Source of the DNA: a virus
Lineage: Duplodnaviria; Caudoviricetes
Virus record (IMG/VR): IMGVR_UViG_3300017766_001423
Location: 1-33,271 of that record
DNA: 33,271 nt
Strand: one strand, 5' to 3'
How positions within the stretch are numbered: the first letter of the stretch is position 1; every line of letters starts with the position of its first letter. Of the stretch, positions 9,728 through 17,853 are shown one piece after another. A program made the translations under genes and the position numbers. A model generated the notes under the pieces. That model had not been told where the DNA came from. It searched no databases and saw nothing but the letters and a program-made list of their open reading frames with translations.

Positions 9728-10556
9728 TTGTTATTAGTTTATATAATACATCATCTGCTAATTCCATATTCTTTACCCGTTCAAGATTATCCTGAATTGC
9801 AGACATTTTACTATTATAAAGTTCCGGTGTCAATGTAGAAAAATCAAAATCTGGTGTTAACTCTATTATCCCATCTTTGTTGAAATAATCACCAATGTCA
9901 GGTGTACCCCAATATACAGGAATTGTTCCTGTTGCAAAACAATCTGTTATCTTTTCAGTAAAATATGTTTCATATTTGTCATTTTCTATTACGACAGAAA
10001 ACATATAATCATTCATTGCTTCTGATTTATCAGGCCAAGTCCCTTCACCAAATCTCTTAGAACCATTTACACCACCATATACATCAACCTTATCTGCGTG
10101 TTTAGATGCAATTGCATGTCTAAGTTTATGACCAAATGTGATAATTTTTGGCGAAGCAATCATAGACAAAAGTTTTGATTTGGGGTAAATTTCTTTATTT
10201 TTTGTCCAAGCTGCATTGCTTCCTGCAAATGCAAATTTTATATTTTCAGAATATTTACACCACCTGCGGTCAGAAACATAAATGGTATCAAATGAATTTA
10301 TAATTCTTTGTATGTTTTTTTCCCAAATGTCCTCGGGAAACATCCAAGCATGAAATATTGCACGGGATTCGCATACCCATGCTATTTTTTTCTCATTTGG
10401 TTTTTTGACATAGTTTAAATTAGGCGCAATTGCGCGATCTATAAAAACTTTGATTTCTGAATCTTCTGTTGTCCATTCAAATAGTTTTGGTTTTAAATCA
10501 GAACAAGATGAATATTCTATCGAAAATGGCGCACCAATCGCTTGCATTTTTTTCAT
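9717..10556 (-). CDS. GT10 (alpha-1,3-fucosyltransferase-like) glycosyltransferase
   Basis: YMFSVVIENDKYETYFTEKITDCFATGTIPVYWG; SD GGAG. Confidence 0.85.
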   Translation of the reverse strand: MKKMQAIGAPFSIEYSSCSDLKPKLFEWTTEDSEIKVFIDRAIAPNLNYVKKPNEKKIAWVCESRAIFHAWMFPEDIWEKNIQRIINSFDTIYVSDRRWCKYSENIKFAFAGSNAAWTKNKEIYPKSKLLSMIASPKIITFGHKLRHAIASKHADKVDVYGGVNGSKRFGEGTWPDKSEAMNDYMFSVVIENDKYETYFTEKITDCFATGTIPVYWGTPDIGDYFNKDGIIELTPDFDFSTLTPELYNSKMSAIQDNLERVKNMELADDVLYKLITNAN

Positions 10557-10578
10557 AATAAAAAGTCTCCACTTTTGT

Positions 10579-10974
10579 TTACTTACCTATATGGTATTTA
10601 GGTACAAGTTCCCAATCTTTCTTTTCTTTATGGGAAAGAATTTTAATTCTAGCTAAACTTAATCGATCTTCATATTTAGACGAATCGATTGGATCCAACA
10701 AACCCCAATCTTTTAATAAATTTACTATTGTGTTTCTTCTTTGTATGTCTTCTAAAGTTATATCACTTTCAAGACCATCAAGTATAAACATTTCTTTAAA
10801 ATGCATTATGGCGTATCTACCGCGTTTATGCAAAATGTGACAAGATTGGTACAGTTTCTTTTCTTTTTTAGAAGAAACTCCCAATCTTGTCAATGTCTCT
10901 TTTACTTTTAGAAAGTCTTCTTTATTTTTTAAATTAACTTCCACACCCAAACCAGAAAAAATATCATCAGTCAT
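10579..10974 (-). CDS. regA: Translational repressor RegA
   Basis: DFLKVKETLTRLGV, LYQSCHILHKRGRYAIMHFKE, RRNTI, WELVPKY; follows gp62. ATG 10974 preferred. Confidence 0.97.
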   Translation of the reverse strand: MTDDIFSGLGVEVNLKNKEDFLKVKETLTRLGVSSKKEKKLYQSCHILHKRGRYAIMHFKEMFILDGLESDITLEDIQRRNTIVNLLKDWGLLDPIDSSKYEDRLSLARIKILSHKEKKDWELVPKYHIGK

Positions 10975-10999
10975 AATATTACCCCATGTTATCTGATAA

Positions 11000-11007
11000 T
11001 ATTTATG
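11000..11007 (-). promoter_or_regulatory. Possible late promoter (CATAAATA) upstream of regA and the glycan cluster
   Basis: ATAAATA core overlapping the gp62 stop, about 25 nt upstream of the regA ATG; chance matches are possible in AT-rich DNA. Confidence 0.45.
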
Positions 11008-11395
11008 ATTTTGCTTTTTTTGCGCCACCTTTATTCAATTTTTGATGCATTTCCTCTAATTGAGAGCGAGTAAGAACACGCAAAGCATCTTTAGCTTTTT
11101 GAGTCGAATAACCATAGTATTCCTTCACCCATTCGATACTTTGGTCTTCTTCCGATTTATGCCATTTACTAAATCTATTTTTCTTTGTTATCTTTGATCG
11201 TAAATAATCATATTGCAATTTTTTATCCAGAAATGACATCTGATTCATTTGATTTGCATAAAAAATAGTATCATTGAAATATGACAAACAACGGTTGGTG
11301 ATATACGGCAAATAATCCTTTTCACAAAGAGGATCTTCTGCTATGAGATCCTTTTTGTTCTGATTTATTGAATTTAAAAAATCTTTTAATTCCAT
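11003..11395 (-). CDS. gp62: Clamp loader small subunit gp62
   Basis: FLNSIN, YLPYITNRCLSYF.D, KKNRFSKW, VKEYYGYS..KA; T4 synteny 45-44-62-regA. Confidence 0.95.
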   Translation of the reverse strand: MELKDFLNSINQNKKDLIAEDPLCEKDYLPYITNRCLSYFNDTIFYANQMNQMSFLDKKLQYDYLRSKITKKNRFSKWHKSEEDQSIEWVKEYYGYSTQKAKDALRVLTRSQLEEMHQKLNKGGAKKAKS

Positions 11396-12342
11396 CACTT
11401 AAACTCACATCTCATCATCAATTCGGTCATACAAGCAACTGTATTGATTTCTTGATCTGCTACAAACCCAGACTTGTATTGATACTCTGCAAGCACTAGA
11501 ACTGCTTCAGGGACGCTAGAGGGTACTAGGGAGTCATATAGACTATCGTAGATCTTCCTGAACAACTCTGTTTGAGAGTTGTCTAGGTTATTTACAACCC
11601 ACTTACGGACTCCCGAAAAGTCCCGGATCTTCATTGAAGATATAAGGGTCTTTATTTCTATATCTTTCAGATTTGCTAGAATTCCGGCATCAATAACACC
11701 GGATGCCGAATATCTTTGGAGTTCATTTATAATTCTCCTAAAATCTGGAAAATGTTTAATGATTAATTGTGAGAGTACTTTCTTATCATATTTTACCTTT
11801 TCATTATTCAGAATATACTCACACCGCTCTAGAAGTTGCTTTGCAATTTCTGGTTTGTCTGATGAGCCAATTGCAAAATCAATACAAGTGCAACGAGAAT
11901 GAATTGGTTGAATAATCCTATTCTTATAATTACATGTTATAATAAATCTGCAATTATTTGAAAACTCCTCAATTGCTCCACGGAGTGCAGGTTGAATACT
12001 CTGTGCATTGCTATAATCGAACTCGTCAAGAATTACTGTTTTCTTTGACTCAGAAAGAGATACCGTGCTTGCAAACTGTCGAATATCGGTTCTTAATGTA
12101 TCAATATTACCATTTTCAGAGCAATTGATAATGATATTATCCACACCAATGTCATTGCATAATGCCCTTGCAACTGTAGTTTTTCCAGTACCGGCAGAAC
12201 CCGCAAGTAAAAGATTTTGTGGTTCTCCTTTAGCAACCATGTCCTCGAAAGATTTCTTCAAGGACACGGGCAGAATGCAATCTTTAATTGTTTGGGGTCG
12301 ATATTTTTCAACCCACAAAAATTCATTCGTTTTGTGTAGCAT
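11395..12342 (-). CDS. gp44: Clamp loader AAA+ subunit gp44
   Basis: LWVEKYRP, Walker A GSAGTGKT, Walker B ILDEFD, SRC motif, FPDFRR. ATG 12342 preferred. Confidence 0.97.
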   Translation of the reverse strand: MLHKTNEFLWVEKYRPQTIKDCILPVSLKKSFEDMVAKGEPQNLLLAGSAGTGKTTVARALCNDIGVDNIIINCSENGNIDTLRTDIRQFASTVSLSESKKTVILDEFDYSNAQSIQPALRGAIEEFSNNCRFIITCNYKNRIIQPIHSRCTCIDFAIGSSDKPEIAKQLLERCEYILNNEKVKYDKKVLSQLIIKHFPDFRRIINELQRYSASGVIDAGILANLKDIEIKTLISSMKIRDFSGVRKWVVNNLDNSQTELFRKIYDSLYDSLVPSSVPEAVLVLAEYQYKSGFVADQEINTVACMTELMMRCEFK

Positions 12343-12343
12343 G

Positions 12344-13033
12344 TTAATTAAACTTAGAGTTAGTCTCCATAGCAAACCAATACTTCAAATCCAAAGTTTC
12401 ATTTGAAAATTGACCAACAATATTCTTAGAAAACTCTACGCGATAATCACCGGGCAAAATTTTGATATTTTCCATCTTAAAGTTCAAACTAAAATCTGAA
12501 CCTGTCTTATTTTCACCAATATCTACCTTGTAATTATTGGTTGTTGGATCTTGTAGATCAGAAACAACAGCAATAACCCTATCGTCTTCGCTAACAAAAG
12601 ACAAGTCAGGTAGTTGCAAAACAGCAGATGCCTTTTGTAACTCCGCAAAGGTCTTTTCGGTAATATCTACCGTAAGAGAAATATTTGGCATATTTACCTT
12701 CTTGGTTGGAGTTGTTAGCAGTCTTGGTTCAGAGTAGAAATAAGTAACGCGAGAACCATTGCCACCATGAATAACAACCGACTTTTCTCCAAATTCGAAT
12801 TTTGGCGTTGAGAAAAGACTGACAACTCCCAAAAACTTACTAAGATCCCAGATACCAAATTCAACATCAAATGTTTCCTCTACTGTTGCTTCTGCCATCC
12901 CATTTTTAGATGGCGTCATAGTTTGAATTGTATTTCCTGGCTTTACCAAGATATTTGAGTTGAGCGTTGCAAAATTCTTAAGAATAGAAAGCGTTGTCTT
13001 GCTAAGTGTAATTTCGTTAGTTGTAGTAGTCAT
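12344..13033 (-). CDS. gp45: Sliding clamp gp45
   Basis: LSKTTLSILKNFATLNSNI, FGIWDLSKFL, KILPGDY, YWFAME. ATG 13033 preferred. Confidence 0.95.
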   Translation of the reverse strand: MTTTTNEITLSKTTLSILKNFATLNSNILVKPGNTIQTMTPSKNGMAEATVEETFDVEFGIWDLSKFLGVVSLFSTPKFEFGEKSVVIHGGNGSRVTYFYSEPRLLTTPTKKVNMPNISLTVDITEKTFAELQKASAVLQLPDLSFVSEDDRVIAVVSDLQDPTTNNYKVDIGENKTGSDFSLNFKMENIKILPGDYRVEFSKNIVGQFSNETLDLKYWFAMETNSKFN

Positions 13034-13037
13034 AATA

Positions 13038-13232
13038 TTAATCTTTCCAGTTGTCATCTTCGTAATCATCAAGATCGTAATCATTATAGTTGGCAGAATT
13101 CATATTGTCAACTATGTTCTTTAAATCATTTTTCATCTGATTCTTTTTTGATTTCTTTTGTCGTTCTACAAAACCCCGATCTTTTCTAGGTGTATGATCC
13201 CTGTGATCTTTTTCGTGAAAGTCTCTTTTCAC
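13038..13232 (-). CDS. Small hypothetical protein (basic N-terminus, acidic C-terminus)
   Basis: GTG start 1 nt after the rnh stop; fills the gap to gp45 exactly. Confidence 0.7.
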   Translation of the reverse strand: MKRDFHEKDHRDHTPRKDRGFVERQKKSKKNQMKNDLKNIVDNMNSANYNDYDLDDYEDDNWKD

Positions 13233-13233
13233 A

Positions 13234-14079
13234 TCAAAACTCCTCTATGTTTTCCATTAGGTTCTTTAGACGATTTGTAATCATATAGGTAAGAACCTTT
13301 GACCTATCTGTTACAACCGATGGTTTAAGAAACTCCTCACAAATCTTTTCTTCAATTTCTGTGGGAATCATTTCAAAATCAATCAAAGTTCTATTTCTAT
13401 CCCAGTTTCTTGCATGTTTTGTCGAAGAAATAATAGAAATATTCTTTTCAATATCCTCAATAGTTTTTTGTGTTAGCCTATTTTGCCGCTTGTCCTCATT
13501 GGTAAAAGCATCATCATCGGAAAGAATATTTGGAACCCCATCACCAGAGTCTCCCCGAAGAATATGCTCAAGCAAAAATGCTTGTGGATTATCACACTTC
13601 AAAAGTTGTTTCTTGAATGTGCTATATTGGTAAATATTTGGGTAACGCTGCAATTGTTGGAAGTCTTTGTCGTTTGAAATAATCAAAATTTTCTCACGAT
13701 CATGATATTTTCTTGCCAAAATAGCAATAATATCATCCGCTTCTGTGCAGTCGATTTTCATGTTTTTATATGGAAATACATCACGAATTTCATCTCTAAT
13801 TTTATTTAGAGTCTGGTAGATAATATCCCAATCAAATTCAGACTTTTCGTGTGCCTTTGCACGATTTGCCTTGTAGAAGGGAAAATACTGCTTTCTCCAA
13901 GAGTTAGAAGAATCGTGACAAATTACAAGTTCACCATATTCGTCTTTAAAGTGCTTTCTCAAAAGACGATACGAATTTAATACCATGTGACGAAGCAAAT
14001 CTTCGCTAATTTCAGTGTTTGTTTTTACTGTATGAAAAAGATTTGCCAAAATTATTTGGTTGTTGTCTAGAAGAATCAT
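13234..14079 (-). CDS. rnh: T4-type RNase H (5'-3' exonuclease, FEN family)
   Basis: WRKQYFPFYKANR, EADDII, IISNDKDFQQLQ, GDSGDGVPNILS, RNRTLIDF. Confidence 0.96.
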   Translation of the reverse strand: MILLDNNQIILANLFHTVKTNTEISEDLLRHMVLNSYRLLRKHFKDEYGELVICHDSSNSWRKQYFPFYKANRAKAHEKSEFDWDIIYQTLNKIRDEIRDVFPYKNMKIDCTEADDIIAILARKYHDREKILIISNDKDFQQLQRYPNIYQYSTFKKQLLKCDNPQAFLLEHILRGDSGDGVPNILSDDDAFTNEDKRQNRLTQKTIEDIEKNISIISSTKHARNWDRNRTLIDFEMIPTEIEEKICEEFLKPSVVTDRSKVLTYMITNRLKNLMENIEEF

Positions 14080-14086
14080 AATTTAA

Positions 14087-14115
14087 ATTATATCAATGCA
14101 TTAAGGGATTGTCAA
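14087..14115 (-). promoter_or_regulatory. Consensus sigma70-type promoter for rnh-gp45-gp44-gp62-regA
   Basis: TTGACA (14115-14110), 17 bp spacer ending TGA, TATAAT (14092-14087); 7 nt to the rnh ATG. Confidence 0.9.
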
Positions 14116-14439
14116 TTACATTTCCACCCAATGGAACCCATTTTGATCTTTTATTAGAGTATATGTTATTCCCGTGTTTGGATTAAACCATCTATCGCCA
14201 ATTTTTTTAGTTATTGGTTCCGTTATTTGAGAAAAGAATCTATTTGGGTCTATGTCTCCAATTTTTTCCCAACCACTGTCTTTTGCTAATGGATTTAATC
14301 CTCTAATAATTTTCGTCGCGGTATAATAAACGCCACCAAAATCAACGGTATCGCCAATAGTATATTCAATAGTCTGGCCATTTGGATCATATTTTTTGTA
14401 TATGCCTCTAAATTTTAGATTATCTGTTTTATTAATCAT
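14116..14439 (-). CDS. Hypothetical protein with CBM5/12-like motif
   Basis: 'YTIGDTVDFGGVYYTA...P...W' resembles chitin-binding modules; C-terminal 'GDRWFNPNTGITY...WVE'. ATGA-coupled. Confidence 0.6.
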   Translation of the reverse strand: MINKTDNLKFRGIYKKYDPNGQTIEYTIGDTVDFGGVYYTATKIIRGLNPLAKDSGWEKIGDIDPNRFFSQITEPITKKIGDRWFNPNTGITYTLIKDQNGFHWVEM

Positions 14440-15551
14440 TTGAATGATCTAAGAATAAGAGTGTGTGCGTTAATTCTACCTTTTGGTTTTGCTTCTTTTG
14501 TTTTTTGAGATTTCCAGTAATTATTTATGCTGCGAATTCCTTCACTTTTTGCTTTTGACATAAATTCTACGGGTTTTCTCATTTTCTTTTCTACTGATTC
14601 ATCAGAAAAACCAATAATAGTGCTACCCTTTACACTTATACCTGAACCATTTGGATCTGATTTAAATAGTGTTGCCTTGTTTGTTTTAACATTGAATACA
14701 ATTAATGTTTCACAACCAATAATTGAATCTGGCAAAATAGATTCAACGCCACTTGAAGTATCCTTGACTAGATATTTTAACTTTTTAACTAGTTGCTCTG
14801 GCTTCTTCTTTTTCTTTTTTCTTGGCTTTCGGTTACTCTTTGCAATTGTGATCCGTACTCGCAAATAATCACAAATTGACTTATAAAAGTCATACATTTT
14901 TTGTGCCTGCTTTTTAGTCAAGAAAGAATATGCTTCTTTTAATTGTTCATCTTTGCCTTCAACAACGAGTTTAAATTCATTTAGACCACGCTCAAAGCAT
15001 TCTAGCAAAAATTCACAATGCATCGAACTCGGTTCGTTGTCGTTAATCCATTTTTCTACATTAAATAACTTATAGTTTGGATTTTTACCAAGAATATATG
15101 ATTCGTATTCATCAATTCGTTGCTCAAGGTAATTGCCAAGTTCATAGGATTGCTGTCGAACTCTCTCACGAACAGGCACTACAGGTCCGCTTACTTGTTC
15201 TATATTTTTTCCAACTGCAATTAACTGTTGAATACCTTCGTTAATTGCCGTTTTAACTTTCAACGGCAAAATACAATGAGATAAATTTGACTGACACTTT
15301 CCACCAATAGATCTAAAAGTAAAATTGTCAACAGCAACCTTGGCAACCATATCGACGCCTGGAATTTTATTTTTTTCCATGTATCCGATGACACTTGCCT
15401 TATAATCCCTATCTGTATATTTTGTATTATACCAATTCAATGCAAATGCAATTGACCAATATACCTTGTCTTCGTCTTTATAATCTTCCGGTTTCCAGTG
15501 CTTCCAATTCGGTTGTTTACCGTAAAAGATCTCTTCTGTTTCCGATTTCAT
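14436..15551 (-). CDS. Hypothetical phage protein (371 aa)
   Basis: Long ORF, ATGA-coupled at both ends; basic RKPRKKKKKK segment; no catalytic motif recognised. Confidence 0.85.
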   Translation of the reverse strand: MKSETEEIFYGKQPNWKHWKPEDYKDEDKVYWSIAFALNWYNTKYTDRDYKASVIGYMEKNKIPGVDMVAKVAVDNFTFRSIGGKCQSNLSHCILPLKVKTAINEGIQQLIAVGKNIEQVSGPVVPVRERVRQQSYELGNYLEQRIDEYESYILGKNPNYKLFNVEKWINDNEPSSMHCEFLLECFERGLNEFKLVVEGKDEQLKEAYSFLTKKQAQKMYDFYKSICDYLRVRITIAKSNRKPRKKKKKKPEQLVKKLKYLVKDTSSGVESILPDSIIGCETLIVFNVKTNKATLFKSDPNGSGISVKGSTIIGFSDESVEKKMRKPVEFMSKAKSEGIRSINNYWKSQKTKEAKPKGRINAHTLILRSFK

Positions 15552-17125
15552 GGTTTATAGTATACAAAAACTGGTTCGTATTTCAAATAATTTCCATTCA
15601 CTTTGCAATAGTTTTTACATTTTGGTTTGCCATTCTCATCAAGACGATTCTGACCCGGCATTCCTTCCATTGCCATTTTTAGTGTTTGGATGTATTCCAT
15701 ACCAAGAGACTCTAAAATATCCTTTGAATCTTTTTCTAAAGTGAGATAAGTTCCAGACACCTGAATATCTGCAATATTCCACAACAAATATCTATTATTT
15801 TTTAGATATTCTACACATGTTTCCAATGTTGGTCGTAAAAAACCATCAACCCACGATTGATAATTATCAAATTTTTTATATGATTGATTTTTATCCTCTG
15901 AATATGCCTCTCTATTAAAGTATGGTGGAGATGTAAAAATCAAATCAATTTTACCTTTATATTTTTTAAATTCTGGATCGTCTTTTATTGTTTCCGAACC
16001 ATGTTTAAAAATTTGGTAAGTATTGGTTGAGGAGAAAAACGAGTTTCCTCTATAAGTTCTTGTATTGTAGAAATCAGCAATACTGCCATAGTTGCCGCCA
16101 TTCCCAAGACTAGAAGGGAAATTATCCAAATTGGGGTCAGTTCCGACATAGTGAATATTTCTATTGTCATTGACAGACATTGCACCAAGAATCCGACCGC
16201 CCCAACCAGAAGAAGGATCGTAAATAATAATTTGATTTTGATTGTAAAAGGGTTCTGTAAATTTTTCATAAAGATATCTTGCTGTTAGAGGTGGAAAATT
16301 AACTGCCGGTTGAATGTAACCTATTCTAAAACTAGGAAAGCATTTTGGGAAAACCCTACGACCTTTTTCATAAACTCTAATTCGGAAAATTTTATCATCC
16401 GGTATATTCTCACAATCAAATGTAGAATAATGTCTATAAGAAAGTTTTGGTTTCCATTTTAAAAATTGTTCTTTGGATAATGATAGTATTTTGGATTGTT
16501 CAATTTGATAATAACCAGTATTGACACCATCTTCATCATCGTGTTGATCTAATATAAAATCATGATCTTTAAATATATTTTGATTTGTAAAATATGCTTC
16601 CAACCATTCTTCTCCAGAAGAAACGGAAATTAAAGCATACTTACTGTCGTTTTTAATAGCAGAGCAAGCGAAAGTATATAATGAATCTCTTCTTATATGT
16701 CTTCTTGCTCCTTTAATCATTCTTGGCAAATACTTATCATTTGCAAACAAATCATAAATGGAATAACCAGTATCATTTTCGCTATAATTGATTCTGGTTT
16801 TGTACATATTAGAAAACCACTGGTCTGCTTCAGCACCAAGACGAGACTTATTTATTAAGACATCTTTATTGCCTGTAAGTTCATCAACAAATTCAAATGT
16901 ATGAATTGGATAACCTGTAAGTTTATTAAACTCTTCAATTATATCTTTTTCATTTTTACCTGTTCTCGGGGGACAATTGTTCTTATCCCATGCCTCAAGA
17001 ACAACTTTACGCATTTCTATGACCCATTTTTCAAATTCAGAATCAGTCATAGCAACAATGTCTTCAAATAAGACATTTATTTCATGATTGAGTAAATAAT
17101 CATTTCTTTCATAAAAAGGTTTCAT
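15548..17125 (-). CDS. Large SAM-dependent amino-methyltransferase-like DNA modification enzyme (SPPY type)
   Basis: Motif I 'IYDPSSGWGGR', 'YVGTDPN', motif IV 'DLIFTSPPYF'; about 300 aa N-terminal region. ATG 17125 overlaps the PLP-enzyme stop (ATGA). Confidence 0.8.
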   Translation of the reverse strand: MKPFYERNDYLLNHEINVLFEDIVAMTDSEFEKWVIEMRKVVLEAWDKNNCPPRTGKNEKDIIEEFNKLTGYPIHTFEFVDELTGNKDVLINKSRLGAEADQWFSNMYKTRINYSENDTGYSIYDLFANDKYLPRMIKGARRHIRRDSLYTFACSAIKNDSKYALISVSSGEEWLEAYFTNQNIFKDHDFILDQHDDEDGVNTGYYQIEQSKILSLSKEQFLKWKPKLSYRHYSTFDCENIPDDKIFRIRVYEKGRRVFPKCFPSFRIGYIQPAVNFPPLTARYLYEKFTEPFYNQNQIIIYDPSSGWGGRILGAMSVNDNRNIHYVGTDPNLDNFPSSLGNGGNYGSIADFYNTRTYRGNSFFSSTNTYQIFKHGSETIKDDPEFKKYKGKIDLIFTSPPYFNREAYSEDKNQSYKKFDNYQSWVDGFLRPTLETCVEYLKNNRYLLWNIADIQVSGTYLTLEKDSKDILESLGMEYIQTLKMAMEGMPGQNRLDENGKPKCKNYCKVNGNYLKYEPVFVYYKP

Positions 17126-17853
17126 GCGCCTACATTCCAAAAAAGAGCACCCGGTGAAGCATATTGTTTCATGAACTTCCATGCCTTGGCATCATAGGTG
17201 GGAGCAGAAGGAAAGGGAGGAGCATCAGCAGGTTCTACTGCATCGAAGAAAGGAATGTCACACTTGTACATTTTTGCTCTTCCCAATTCCTTCTGTCCCA
17301 TTTTATGACCCACGGAAACACAATGAAATTCAGCGTCTGGCCAAGCCAATTGCAACCCTCTTGTTAGGGTTCCACTTGAACCAACTGTCCAAACTTCTTT
17401 TGGATTTATTGGTAAGTCTTTTGCTAACTCACAAATTTCATTTATAACCTCTGGACAATCAAATCCAATTGGAAATAATTTTCTATTTGTAGAATCAAGA
17501 GCAACATAGTCTCTTGCTCTCTTTTGAGTTACTGTAAGCATACCGTTATCCACTCCATGAATTATAGCACCATATTTTATTGCTTTCAACTGGTAAGGAT
17601 GAAGATTCTCTGGTTTTCTTTTTGCCATGAATAGTATGCACTTTTTATTTAAATGCTGACATACTCTTGCTAAAGAAATCTGTGCATATCCAGTTGCAGG
17701 AGATGAACCATATACCATTTCGTTTTGCGGTGTATTTTTAATCAAAGATTGAATAAATCTTGTTTTTGATCCCCCTTCAATTAAATCATCACGCACAACA
17801 TAAAACCCCTCATGTTTTTCTATAATTGGATATGGATTTATTTCATCGCTCAT
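17122..17853 (-). CDS. PLP-dependent enzyme, fold type II (TrpB / ACC deaminase / D-cysteine desulfhydrase-like)
   Basis: VVRDDLIEGGSKTR (Schiff-base Lys), GYAQISLA, phosphate loop VGSSGT, PTYDAKAW. Confidence 0.82.
   Translation of the reverse strand: MSDEINPYPIIEKHEGFYVVRDDLIEGGSKTRFIQSLIKNTPQNEMVYGSSPATGYAQISLARVCQHLNKKCILFMAKRKPENLHPYQLKAIKYGAIIHGVDNGMLTVTQKRARDYVALDSTNRKLFPIGFDCPEVINEICELAKDLPINPKEVWTVGSSGTLTRGLQLAWPDAEFHCVSVGHKMGQKELGRAKMYKCDIPFFDAVEPADAPPFPSAPTYDAKAWKFMKQYASPGALFWNVGA

Noticed and set aside
2261-10556. Bacterial O-antigen/capsule locus (prophage flank or chimera)
   Set aside because: Flanked on both sides by phage genes on the same strand with tight spacing, and lacks wzx/wzy/wzm/wzt or a priming transferase; read-level confirmation is still advisable.
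11579-14868. Plus-strand ORFs opposite gp44, gp45, rnh and the 371-aa orphan
   Set aside because: Fully antisense to well-supported genes, with no SD or motifs.
15985-16269. 94-aa alternative-frame ORF inside the MTase-like gene
   Set aside because: Nested out of frame across motif I with no initiation signals.
15548-17125. Restriction-modification system
   Set aside because: No recognisable endonuclease or specificity subunit nearby.
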